Part shown: positions 15,758 through 24,000 of the stretch, piece after piece
Position numbering within the stretch: position 1 is the first letter of the stretch
How the letters are laid out: each line of letters opens with the position of its first letter
Assembly (NCBI GenBank): GCA_012960505.1
Contig: DUBC01000038.1
Location: 1-24,000, forward strand
Direction: 5' to 3'
Source of the DNA: Verrucomicrobiales bacterium
GTDB lineage: Bacteria > Verrucomicrobiota > Verrucomicrobiia > Verrucomicrobiales > DEV007
DNA: 24,000 bases
The notes under the pieces: model-generated
The model's database searches: none
Seen by the model: only the letters and a program-made list of their open reading frames with translations
What the model was told of the DNA's origin: nothing
Position numbers and translations under genes: made by a program

Positions 15758-17166
15758 ATACTTGCCCTTCCCGGAATAGGCTTACCGTGAGGATCTTCCT
15801 GTGGATAATCCAGATAAGACTCCAACTCAGAAACCTCTTCTTCACTTAAAAAATGCTCTACCTTTTCCGCGTCATCATGCACATGATCTAAAGCATAATT
15901 AGCTTCATTCGTCAGATAAAGTTCCCATAACCTATGATTACGAACAACTGATCTAGCTTTATCGAATCCATCGTCGGTCAGGCTGACATTATCACCTTCC
16001 AACTTTACTAAACCGGATCTTTGCATGTTTTTAATTTCTTTAACTAACCCCGCTATAGACATTTTCCGATGACTGGAAAGATCCTTCATTAATACTCTAT
16101 TGCCTGAACTTTCCAGCCCTTTACTTTCCAATACCTTATATATGGATTTAAGAGAATTTTCCTCACGAACTTTTTTGACACGAGCACGGTGCCTTAACCA
16201 CTTAGTAAATCTACCATACTTAGGTGAAAAAAGGTAAGCCATAGTAAAAATTGAACTCGCAGAAAGAACCATAAAAGGCCCAGTCGGTAGGTTACTTCCA
16301 AGAAATGAGAGGAATACACCAATGACGGCAGACAACATACCAACTCCCATCGCTATCCATAGCATGCGGTGCATACGATCGACCAGAAGATACGCTGTGG
16401 CCGCTGGCGTAATAAGCATCGCTGAAACTAAAACGACACCAACAGCCTGAAGGGAAATAACAATAGCGAAAGCCAAAAACATTTGGAATAAAGCTTCCAA
16501 AATCCTCACAGGAAAACCTATTGAAACCGCAAATTGTCGATCAAAGCTTATTGCAAGGAATGGTCGGTAGAGTAGACCAAACAGAATAACGGTCAAAATA
16601 ACAACGACCCCCATTGTTATAACATCATACCGATCTAGAACAGCGACATCGCCAAACAGATATGATTTAAGCCCCGTGATTTTTGAAGCTCCTTCGTTAT
16701 TCTGTATTATACGAATAAGACAGAGTCCTATAGCAAAAAATGAAGCGAGAACAATTCCAAGAGCCGCGTCTTGTTTGATGCGAGTTGTTCTTCGTATAGC
16801 TCCCACTAAAAGTGATCCTGCTAGACCTGCTAAAGTTGCTCCAATCAGTATAGCAACTGGATCCTTACTCATACTCCACAAGAATCCTAAAGCCACACCT
16901 GGAAGAACTGCATGCGAGATAGCATCCCCGAAAAGAGCCATTTTACGAACCACAATAAAACTTCCTAACAAACCACAAACAGCTCCAAAGAGAAGCGCCC
17001 CTATCAAACTCAAACGCAATCCACGATCTGACAGCGTAATGAATCTTCTCATCTGATCCCAAGGATTCGTCTCAACTATCTCACCTATACGTGCAGCGGC
17101 AGCTTCATTTACTGCCACAGAGAGAACTAACACTCCAAATATGATTATTGATCGAATCCTAGGCAC
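15754..17166 (-). CDS. Metal ABC transporter permease (ABC-3) fused to a C-terminal DtxR/MntR-family repressor domain (YtgC-YtgR-like)
   Basis: Residues ~40-320 form the permease (LFGDAISHAVLPGVALGF). Residues ~325-470 form a winged-HTH plus DtxR dimerisation/metal domain (MSIAGLVKEIKNMQRSGLVKLEGD, RNHRLWELYL, HDDAEKVEHFLS with the E-x-x-E-H motif, DPHGKPIP). Confidence 0.9.
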   Translation of the reverse strand: MPRIRSIIIFGVLVLSVAVNEAAAARIGEIVETNPWDQMRRFITLSDRGLRLSLIGALLFGAVCGLLGSFIVVRKMALFGDAISHAVLPGVALGFLWSMSKDPVAILIGATLAGLAGSLLVGAIRRTTRIKQDAALGIVLASFFAIGLCLIRIIQNNEGASKITGLKSYLFGDVAVLDRYDVITMGVVVILTVILFGLLYRPFLAISFDRQFAVSIGFPVRILEALFQMFLAFAIVISLQAVGVVLVSAMLITPAATAYLLVDRMHRMLWIAMGVGMLSAVIGVFLSFLGSNLPTGPFMVLSASSIFTMAYLFSPKYGRFTKWLRHRARVKKVREENSLKSIYKVLESKGLESSGNRVLMKDLSSHRKMSIAGLVKEIKNMQRSGLVKLEGDNVSLTDDGFDKARSVVRNHRLWELYLTNEANYALDHVHDDAEKVEHFLSEEEVSELESYLDYPQEDPHGKPIPGRASI

Positions 17167-17177
17167 TGCTAAATTAA

Positions 17178-17954
17178 TTAACTTTCCTCTTTTGCAAACT
17201 TTTCAGCAATCTCAGATAGAACAGTCAAGCGACCTCCATATGTCTTCTGCAATAGATCTCCAGTAAACACTTCTTCAGTTTTTCCGAAAGCAACGACTCT
17301 CATATTTAACAGAAGCATCATATCAAAATATTCACGGGCACTACCCAAATCATGATGAACAACAATTAATGTCTTTCCTTGATCTCTAATCTCTCTAAGA
17401 AGTTCAACAATCGCTGATTCCGTAGCCGCATCAACGCCTGCAAAAGGTTCATCCATTAAATATAGGTCACTTTCCTGAGCCAATGCTCTGGCAAGGAAAA
17501 CACGTTGCTGCTGACCTCCGCTCAAATTTGCTATCTGCCGTTTTCCGTATGCCTCAAGGCCCACTTTTTTTAATGCGGCATAAGCCTTTTCTTTTTCTTC
17601 TTTCCCTGGCCTTCGGATGAGCCCAAGTCTTCCGTAACATCCCATAAGAACAACATCAATCACACTAACAGGAAAATCCCAGTCAACGGATTCACGTTGG
17701 GGCACATACCCGACTCTCGAAATATTCTTTTTTAAATCTTCACCAAATACTTTTACCCACCCATCAGAGCATTGAACTAATCCCATTACTGATTTTATCA
17801 GCGTAGATTTACCTGCTCCATTCGGTCCAACGACCCCAACCATACTCCCAGCAGGAACCGCCATATCGACTCCATATAGTACTGGTCTCTTTTGGTAAGA
17901 AACCGTTAGATCATGTATTTCCAGAGCAGGAACCTCAACATCCTCAGTAGACAT
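17178..17954 (-). CDS. Metal ABC transporter ATP-binding protein (TroB/YtgB/ZnuC-like)
   Basis: Walker A is GPNGAGKST. The ABC signature is LSGGQQQRVFLARAL. Walker B is LYLMDEPFAGVD, and the H-loop is VVHHD. Confidence 0.92.
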   Translation of the reverse strand: MSTEDVEVPALEIHDLTVSYQKRPVLYGVDMAVPAGSMVGVVGPNGAGKSTLIKSVMGLVQCSDGWVKVFGEDLKKNISRVGYVPQRESVDWDFPVSVIDVVLMGCYGRLGLIRRPGKEEKEKAYAALKKVGLEAYGKRQIANLSGGQQQRVFLARALAQESDLYLMDEPFAGVDAATESAIVELLREIRDQGKTLIVVHHDLGSAREYFDMMLLLNMRVVAFGKTEEVFTGDLLQKTYGGRLTVLSEIAEKFAKEES

Positions 17955-17959
17955 AGCAA

Positions 17960-18907
17960 TTATTTAAGAGCTTCCACAATAGTGTTTATATTATGCTTTA
18001 GCATTCCTTGATAAGTCCCTAAGTCATATTCCTCATCATTGGACTTTTCTATGTCGCCAGGCTCCCCCATAGCGTCAGAGAACAATTCCCCACCAACCTT
18101 AGCGCCCGAATCCTCCGCAATACTTTTAATTGCCTCAGGAGAAACACTAGACTCGACAAAAATTGATTTAATCTGATTTTCTTTTATAAAATCGACAAGA
18201 TTGACCCTTTCAGCAATTCCTGCCTCTGTTACCGTAGAAATACCTTGAAGCGCAACTACCTTGAATCCATAAGCTTCACCAAAATATTCAAAAGCATCAT
18301 GACTTGTAATCAGAATTCTAGACTCCTCAGGCAGTGACTCTACTCTGGATCTTGACCATTGATGTAAATCTCGAAGCACTTCAATCAAGTGATCGCCTCT
18401 TTCTCTGTAATAAGATGAGTTCTGAGGATCTGCATCACTGAGCTCTTTAACAACCAAAGGAACACAACCTTCCCATATCTCTGCATTACCCCAAATATGG
18501 GGATCAGGATGTGATTTCTGACCTTTGAGTTGATTCTCAGAAACAGTGGATCCAAAATCAATCCCTTCTTGAGTTTTAAGATCAGATGTCATCTGACCCT
18601 CAAGAAAAAGTCCATTATAAAAAATAAGATCGGCTTCACTTAAAGCGATACCATCACTCGGTATTGGCTCATAAAGGTGAGGATCCACTCCCGGTCCCAT
18701 TAAGCCAGTGAGTTGAACTTTATCGCCGGCTATTTGTTTAACCATATCAGTTATCATTGTTGTCGTTGTCACAACAGAAATTCGGGCATCTTCATCCATA
18801 GATCTATAATCCGAACTGCAACTCGAAAAAGCTGTCAATGCCAACAAAATAACAATTCTGTATATTAGTAATGACCTAACAAGCGCTTGTGTAACCAAAT
18901 TGGGCAT
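17960..18907 (-). CDS. Metal ABC transporter substrate-binding lipoprotein (cluster A-I, TroA/YtgA-like)
   Basis: The signal/lipobox-like N-terminus is LLALTAFSSC. Ligand contexts are GVDPHLYEP, HPDPHIW, ITSHDAFEYFGEAYGF and LFSDAMG. It has no His-rich loop, so it resembles TroA rather than ZnuA. Metal specificity cannot be decided from sequence. Confidence 0.9.
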   Translation of the reverse strand: MPNLVTQALVRSLLIYRIVILLALTAFSSCSSDYRSMDEDARISVVTTTTMITDMVKQIAGDKVQLTGLMGPGVDPHLYEPIPSDGIALSEADLIFYNGLFLEGQMTSDLKTQEGIDFGSTVSENQLKGQKSHPDPHIWGNAEIWEGCVPLVVKELSDADPQNSSYYRERGDHLIEVLRDLHQWSRSRVESLPEESRILITSHDAFEYFGEAYGFKVVALQGISTVTEAGIAERVNLVDFIKENQIKSIFVESSVSPEAIKSIAEDSGAKVGGELFSDAMGEPGDIEKSNDEEYDLGTYQGMLKHNINTIVEALK

Positions 18908-18942
18908 ACCTAAATAATCTTTCTTTTTATTATAATATTAAT

Positions 18943-18961
18943 TATTTATAGCCTAACCTAA
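18943..18961. promoter_or_regulatory. DtxR-box-like operator candidate in the divergent promoter between the binding-protein gene and mntR
   Basis: TATTTATAGCCTAACCTAA matches the DtxR/IdeR consensus TWAGGTTAGSCTAACCTWA at 15 of 19 positions. The right half (TAGCCTAACCTAA) is perfect and the left half is degenerate. The site lies 36-54 bp upstream of the substrate-binding gene start. Confidence 0.4.
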
Positions 18962-19026
18962 CTTTAATTGTAAACCCAATTATTATTTTGTTTGCCAAAT
19001 GATTTTAGCCATGCCACTATTCTATC

Positions 19027-19479
19027 ATGGCTGCAATTGTCAGTACCAAAGCAGACACTCCACGTGGGACTCGTGCTCAAGAAGATTATCTGGAGCAAAT
19101 ACTCAGCCTTATAGAAAAAAAAGGCTATGCGAGAGTAGTAGATATTGCCAAAAACCTGAATATCGCCCAAGCGAGTGTCACAGGAATGATTCAGAGAATG
19201 GATGCAGAAGATCTCGTATCGTATGAAAAATACAGAGGAGTTATCCTGACCTCTGAAGGAGAAAAAATAGCTAGAGCTATCATTAACCGTCATGAAAGTT
19301 TAACTAAGTTCTTCAAACTTTTTGGATTATATGATGATACTATCTATGAGGATATTGAAGGAATTGAGCACCACATGAGTCCACCCACTCTCGCCACAAT
19401 CCAAGCCCTTACTAAAGAATTGGAAAGGCAGCCAGCTCTACTAGATCGAGTAAAATCTAAAGTATTCCAAGCCACTTAA
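19027..19479 (+). CDS. mntR: Manganese-dependent transcriptional regulator MntR (DtxR family, stand-alone)
   Basis: It closely follows my recollection of B. subtilis MntR. Examples: EDYLEQILSLIEKKGYARVVDIA (Bsu [23 protein letters not shown]), YEKYRGVILTSEGEKIA and YEDIEGIEHHMS. Confidence 0.9.
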   Translation: MAAIVSTKADTPRGTRAQEDYLEQILSLIEKKGYARVVDIAKNLNIAQASVTGMIQRMDAEDLVSYEKYRGVILTSEGEKIARAIINRHESLTKFFKLFGLYDDTIYEDIEGIEHHMSPPTLATIQALTKELERQPALLDRVKSKVFQAT

Positions 19480-19488
19480 TATAACCTC

Positions 19489-20439
19489 ATGCGAAGAGGA
19501 ATCTTAGGAATAGGTGTATGCACCTTGGACATATTAACTAAAGTTAAAACTCTACCTTCTGATGAAAGTGTTGAGGAAGCTGACTCGGCCATTTTTATGG
19601 GAGGGGGGCCAGTCCCAACAGCATTAGCTGCTGCAACTCATTTAGGAAGCTATACAACCATGATTGATATTCTGGGTGACGACTGGAAATCAAAACTAAT
19701 TATAGAAGAATTAATGGATCATGGCATCCAATGCGAAAACATCACAATCAAACCAGGTGCATCAGCCTCACTTGCTTCAGTCCTTGTCAGATCATCTGAC
19801 GGAGCTAGAGCCATCCGTTTTGTTAGGAGTTCAACTAAAGCAATCAATCCGCAATCACTTGATGATAATACAATTAACAATCACAAAATTCTACACTGTA
19901 ACGGAAGGCATCTCGATGCCTGTTTGAAAGCTGCAGAAATAGTAAAATCACATAAAGGAGAAACCCTTCTTTCCTTTGATGGCGGCGCTGGTCGCTACAG
20001 AGAAGAATTACTTCCATTAATGAAAAGAATCGATATTGCTATCGTCGCTCAGGATTTTGCACTCAAGGCAACTAATGAAATTAATTTAACCCAATCCACT
20101 TGGATTAAATTAAATCAACTATTCCCAAAGGCTCACATCATTGGAATTACTGATGGGAAAAAAGGAAGTTGGATCCAACACGAAGACCAAGAAGCCTTTC
20201 ATCAACCCGCATTCTTAGCCACAAACATTGAAGACACGACCGGCTGTGGTGATGTATATCACGGAGCATTTCTTCACGCTATTGAATCCGGAATATCAGT
20301 TAATGAAGCAGCAAAAATGGCTAGTGCCGCGGGCTCAATGAATGCCACGGCTTTGGGTGGTAGGGGCTTTCTTCCCAATAAAGAACAACTGCAAAATTTC
20401 CTAGCTAAAGCCAAAGAAATTAAACCTCTTAAATTTTAG
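19489..20439 (+). CDS. PfkB-family carbohydrate/nucleoside kinase (ribokinase-like)
   Basis: The N-terminal GIGVCTLD glycine-rich motif is present, as is the C-terminal PfkB signature DTTGCGDVYHGAFLHA. The substrate is unknown. Confidence 0.85.
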   Translation: MRRGILGIGVCTLDILTKVKTLPSDESVEEADSAIFMGGGPVPTALAAATHLGSYTTMIDILGDDWKSKLIIEELMDHGIQCENITIKPGASASLASVLVRSSDGARAIRFVRSSTKAINPQSLDDNTINNHKILHCNGRHLDACLKAAEIVKSHKGETLLSFDGGAGRYREELLPLMKRIDIAIVAQDFALKATNEINLTQSTWIKLNQLFPKAHIIGITDGKKGSWIQHEDQEAFHQPAFLATNIEDTTGCGDVYHGAFLHAIESGISVNEAAKMASAAGSMNATALGGRGFLPNKEQLQNFLAKAKEIKPLKF

Positions 20440-21781
20440 GTAATTTTCCGGTACTATCACCTAGCTTGGAAACTTTTGCTCCAACCTTATCCAGCATAGC
20501 TACATACAAGTTAGACAATGGAACTTCTCCTTGAAAATCCAAATGACGTCCAGGCTCTAGAGTCCCACCACCATGACCAGCTAAAAGAAGAGGTAAATCA
20601 TGATGCTTATGACTGTTACCATCAGCAATACCGCATCCATAAACAATCATAGAATTATCAAGAACACTCTGTCCTTCAGCATCTTCCATAGATTTTAATT
20701 TGGTTAAAAAATAACCAAATTGCTCAATATAAAATCTGTCGATTTTAGCAATCTTATCGAGCTTCTTTTGATTATTTCCGTGATGTGATAAATGGTGATG
20801 CCCTTCGGGTATTCCAATATCTCGAAAATTTCTGTTACTACCATCATGCGCCATCATGAAAGTAGAAATGCGGGTCGTATCAGTCTGGAAAGCCAAAGCA
20901 GTAAGATCATAAAGCAATCGAATGTGATCCTTGTAATTACCAGGAATCCCTTCCGGCATCTTCATGTCAGGAGCTTTGGCCGCAAATTGTTCGGCCCTTA
21001 CAACTTTGCGCTCAGTATCGCGGACAGCAGTTAAATATTCGTCAAGTTTCTGTTGATCATTACGACCCAACTTACTGTGAAGTCTGTTTGCGTCTTCCAA
21101 TACAAAATCAAGGATACTTTTCTGTTGCTTTGCAAATTTCAACCTCTGCTCTTTGTTTCCTTTCTCTCCTGAGCCGAATAATCTCTCAAAAACAACTCTA
21201 GGGTTAGCTTCGGGAGCCATTGGTAATTTTTCATCTCTCCAAGAAATATTATACTGGTAAGCACAGCTGTAACCAGAATCACATTTTCCACTCTTTCGAG
21301 CAGCATCACAACTCAGCTCTAACGAAGATAATTTTGTTTCTTTCCCAATACTATTGGCTGCAACTTGATCTACAGAAACACCAAGTCTTATATCAGCACC
21401 TGCTGTCTTCTTCGCCCTCATTCCTGTCAAGAAAGTCGCATTAGCTCTTGCATGATCGCCTGCACCGTCTCCACCGTTTGTTGCGTTCCTATGATCAAGA
21501 CCACTAAGTACTTGAAAGTCCTTTTTGAGATCCTCTAACGGCTCAAGCGTGGGTGACACTTGATAATCCGACCCTAATGAACTTGGCCTCCATTTTTGCA
21601 TATTCTTCCCGTTAGGCGAATACACAAATGCCATTCTCTTTGGAGACTTAGGCGAAACATCCGCAGCAAAAGATTTCGAGCCTAAGGAATCCATTAGAGG
21701 TAATGAGATGCTCACCCCCAGTCCTCTAAGGACCTTTCGGCGTGATACTTGTTCCCTTTTCATGTTCATATAAACCTGCAA
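20429..21781 (-). CDS. DUF1552 domain protein with twin-arginine-type signal
   Basis: The N-terminus SRRKVLRGLGVSISLPLMDSL and the HHLSHHG motif are typical of DUF1552. The track start is a TTG at 21781. The in-frame ATGs at 21769 or 21763 (MKREQVSRRK) are more likely starts. Confidence 0.85.
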   Translation of the reverse strand: MQVYMNMKREQVSRRKVLRGLGVSISLPLMDSLGSKSFAADVSPKSPKRMAFVYSPNGKNMQKWRPSSLGSDYQVSPTLEPLEDLKKDFQVLSGLDHRNATNGGDGAGDHARANATFLTGMRAKKTAGADIRLGVSVDQVAANSIGKETKLSSLELSCDAARKSGKCDSGYSCAYQYNISWRDEKLPMAPEANPRVVFERLFGSGEKGNKEQRLKFAKQQKSILDFVLEDANRLHSKLGRNDQQKLDEYLTAVRDTERKVVRAEQFAAKAPDMKMPEGIPGNYKDHIRLLYDLTALAFQTDTTRISTFMMAHDGSNRNFRDIGIPEGHHHLSHHGNNQKKLDKIAKIDRFYIEQFGYFLTKLKSMEDAEGQSVLDNSMIVYGCGIADGNSHKHHDLPLLLAGHGGGTLEPGRHLDFQGEVPLSNLYVAMLDKVGAKVSKLGDSTGKLPKI

Positions 21782-21787
21782 AGTTTT

Positions 21788-21807
21788 TAGTTAATACTAG
21801 TTAATAC
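21788..21807. repeat. Perfect tandem direct repeat TAGTTAATAC x2 just upstream of the DUF1552 gene
   Basis: Read directly from the sequence: tagttaatac at 21788-21797 and again at 21798-21807. Confidence 0.6.
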
Positions 21808-22085
21808 AACATCAACTTCCGATAACTGCAAAAAATTACTATACAAACGTTAAATATTTAAGCATTTTTTCATTTTTTATAGAATAAAACACTAATCGAA
21901 TAAGTTTTGCTTGGGAAAATAGGTATTAATTAAAAAAATGAGGGGATCTCAGTAAATGCTCCTGATCTTTCCCTTCACTCTGTTTAATAAACGGATTCAT
22001 TTTCTTTAGAGCGGCGAGGATAATTTCGATATTTTATAAACTAGAATGCTAAGATTGAGAAATACCATGAGTATTGAAAATTTAA

Positions 22086-23081
22086 TTAAGGCACCCAAGT
22101 GAATCGACCCCAGTTTTTTTTGTGGGGTACAATTGGCAATTTCTTTTCCCCTGATTCAGTATCAACCATGACTTTAGGTCCACCCTTTTTTGGATCAGGA
22201 AAAGCTCGGGTTACATATCCATCGGGAGACCAAGTAGGGTCATCTCCCCTCCCGAATTTGCGCCGATTCTTTCCATCACTGCCAACTACCCAGACGTGAA
22301 ACGTCGATGAGATCATTCGGTCTCGCTGAGGGTTAAGGACTCCCGTAAATTTGCTCATGTGAATCATCTCAACGCCTTCCCAATGGGCAATCCATTTGCC
22401 GTTCGGCGACCAGGCAGGAACTTTCTGTTCAATGGGAGCCTTTATCTCCTTGTGGTATTCCACATCCGGACGAGAAATTAGTTTAGCATTACCTCCATTA
22501 AAGTCGCTGACCCAAATACGCATATTGCCGCTTCGGTTGGAGACGAAAGCGATCCGATTTCCTTTGGGCGAGACGACCGGCATAGCATTACTGAACTTCA
22601 ATTGCTCTTTATCGGTGAAAAATCTACGCGTCTGGCCTGTTTTTACATTTCCGAGATAGATCTGCGCATTGCGGGCTGGATCTTGTTTCGGCTCGGGCTT
22701 CACCTTCATCCATACCAGATGCTCTGAGTCAGGCATCCAAGAGGGCATCAAATTCATACCCTCTTTCACCAATGTTTGGGCATTTTTTCCATTGATATCG
22801 GAAATCCTTAATGCCAACCCGTGACCAATCTGTTCAACATAGGCAAGCTTCTTTCGGTCGGGGGAGCAACTCGGCATACGGCACCCGCTCTTTGAATGAG
22901 TGAGTTGATGACTGCCCGTACCGTCCTCCTTCATGCGGTAAAGTTGTAGGATACCTTTCTCATCGGTGTGACTAACGATAACTTCACGCAATTCATCTCC
23001 GGCTAAGGCTTCTCCCGCTTTCTGAAAAACTGTAAAAGCGAAAAATGCAATGACGGCCAGAACAGCATTGAGTATTTTCAT
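22086..23081 (-). CDS. TolB-like beta-propeller (PD40/WD40-like repeat) periplasmic protein
   Basis: The signal peptide is MKILNAVLAVIAFFAFTVF. PD40-like motifs recur (CSPDRKKLAYV, PSWMPDSEHLVW, VSPKGNRIAFVS, PAWSPNGKWIAH, PTWSPDG). Confidence 0.8.
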   Translation of the reverse strand: MKILNAVLAVIAFFAFTVFQKAGEALAGDELREVIVSHTDEKGILQLYRMKEDGTGSHQLTHSKSGCRMPSCSPDRKKLAYVEQIGHGLALRISDINGKNAQTLVKEGMNLMPSWMPDSEHLVWMKVKPEPKQDPARNAQIYLGNVKTGQTRRFFTDKEQLKFSNAMPVVSPKGNRIAFVSNRSGNMRIWVSDFNGGNAKLISRPDVEYHKEIKAPIEQKVPAWSPNGKWIAHWEGVEMIHMSKFTGVLNPQRDRMISSTFHVWVVGSDGKNRRKFGRGDDPTWSPDGYVTRAFPDPKKGGPKVMVDTESGEKKLPIVPHKKNWGRFTWVP

Positions 23082-23190
23082 TTCCTGACTCTAGCACCGC
23101 TCCCACACAAGAAACAAGTGAGCTATTTTATAAAAACTTTAAAGCCACTCCACAGATCACTGATAAAATTCTAAGAAAAGTAAATCCAGT

Positions 23191-24000
23191 TTATTTATGT
23201 TGAGCACTCTTTCTAATATCCATGAGTAATTTATCGCATCGCTGCCGAATCGAATTCAACTTTCCAAGATAATTGGGATCCTTCGATAGATTATCTCTTT
23301 CATGCGGATCATTTTTAAGATCATAGAATTCTTCATAGATTGGATCCTGCTCAAAATAGCGAATATATTTCCAATCTTTCGAACGGACCCCTTCACTTTT
23401 TGGAATTTTTTTATGTTCGAAGAGGTGCTCGCACAAGAAATCTTCACGCCATGCATTCTTGACATTTCCTGAAAGAAGTATCTTTAAACTTCGCCCATCC
23501 ATTGGAGTTTTATTCTTTACCCCAGCAAAATCAAGAATGGTGGGAGCCAAATCCAAATTTAGCACCATTTCTTGGCGCAATTTGCCTCGCTGACTCTTAG
23601 CTTTTGTACGTGGGTCGAAGACGATCAAAGGAACACGGATAGATTCTTCATATAATAACCAGCAATCACTTAGTCCACGTTCTCCAAAAAACATTCCATT
23701 ATCGCTAGAATATATAATTATCGTGTTCTCTCTGAGATCTAACTTTTGCAATTGATCCCTTAACCGACCAACTGCATCATCCACCCCACTGACCATTCGA
23801 TACATACCCTTCATCATTGTTTGAAATTTTTTAGGTGTATTAAATCTCCAACCCCACCGTTCCCTCCCAAGAGAATCTTGCAGAAAATCAGGCTGTCTTT
23901 TAAAAAAGTTCTGATCTGAATTTAGTGGTTCTGGTATTGTGGATCCTGCGTAATATTCGTCAAATCGGACTGGCCAGATGTATTGCCTAGGATCATCATC
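23191..24000 (-). CDS. Sulfatase-family protein. Only the C-terminal part is in the window; the N-terminus lies beyond it.
   Basis: The track lists only 23191..23817. The same frame stays open upstream to base 24000 (DDDPRQYIWPVRFDEYYAGS...FNTPKKFQTMMKGMY). Sulfatase motifs are MVSGVDDAVGRL, TIIIYSSDNGMFFGERG, LYEESIRVPLIVFDPR and DLAPTILDFAG. Confidence 0.85.
   Translation of the reverse strand, partial: DDDPRQYIWPVRFDEYYAGSTIPEPLNSDQNFFKRQPDFLQDSLGRERWGWRFNTPKKFQTMMKGMYRMVSGVDDAVGRLRDQLQKLDLRENTIIIYSSDNGMFFGERGLSDCWLLYEESIRVPLIVFDPRTKAKSQRGKLRQEMVLNLDLAPTILDFAGVKNKTPMDGRSLKILLSGNVKNAWREDFLCEHLFEHKKIPKSEGVRSKDWKYIRYFEQDPIYEEFYDLKNDPHERDNLSKDPNYLGKLNSIRQRCDKLLMDIRKSAQHK

Noticed and set aside
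16676-17056. 126-aa plus-strand ORF inside the permease-repressor fusion gene
   Set aside because: It is antisense to a well-supported ABC-3 permease. Its Arg/Pro/Ala-rich composition is typical of a shadow frame.
19000-19018. Second possible DtxR-box (TGATTTTAGCCATGCCACT) just upstream of mntR
   Set aside because: It matches the consensus at only about 10 of 19 positions and has no dyad symmetry, so it is indistinguishable from chance.
18964-19293. 109-aa minus-strand ORF and 75-aa plus-strand ORF overlapping mntR
   Set aside because: The mntR frame matches MntR almost motif for motif. The overlapping frames have no recognisable features.
1-24000. Search for CRISPR arrays, IS elements and transposases, integrases, toxin-antitoxin pairs, and restriction or other defence genes
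   Set aside because: The window has no spaced direct-repeat array, no terminal inverted repeats flanking an ORF, and no ORF with nuclease, recombinase or defence-type ATPase motifs.

Overview
The window is about 40% GC chromosomal DNA. Gene content suggests a marine PVC-superphylum bacterium (Verrucomicrobia, Lentisphaerae or Planctomycetes-like): DUF1552, sulfatase, CRTAC1/ASPIC-UnbV, LamG and TolB-like propeller genes. This taxonomic placement is an inference. I support about 24 protein genes and one tRNA-Leu(UAG). I found no rRNA, CRISPR array, transposase, integrase or recognisable defence genes.

Layout, left to right:
- A GC-richer block (1-5140) holds a secreted LamG protein and a split FG-GAP/UnbV/thioredoxin/TPR protein. 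It ends next to the tRNA-Leu.
- A Fur-like regulator sits divergent from an exported MsrB-DUF971 pair.
- Housekeeping-type genes follow: C-N hydrolase, Sfp-type PPTase and a HAD phosphatase.
- Next come a 710-aa orphan secreted protein and a creD-ankyrin pair.
- A troABCD/ytgABCD-like metal ABC operon has a first permease fused to a DtxR-like repressor domain. It is divergent from a stand-alone mntR.
- The right end holds a PfkB kinase, an orphan DUF1552 gene, a TolB-like propeller and a sulfatase.

Two genes run off the window edges and are absent or truncated in the supplied ORF track: LamG at 1-1094 (minus) and the N-terminal extension of the sulfatase to 24000 (minus).

I do not see a convincing novel multi-gene system. 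The most unusual items are:
1. A single in-frame UGA joins two ORFs of a CRTAC1-family protein. It is followed by a hairpin that closely mimics the E. coli fdhF SECIS in position and loop. This is either a candidate selenoprotein or a recent nonsense mutation.
2. A Chlamydia YtgCR-like permease-repressor fusion, with a DtxR-box-like site in the operon promoter.
3. An ankyrin gene whose ATG is out of frame by one base in an A5 run.
4. Duplicated 7-5-7 palindromes upstream of creD.
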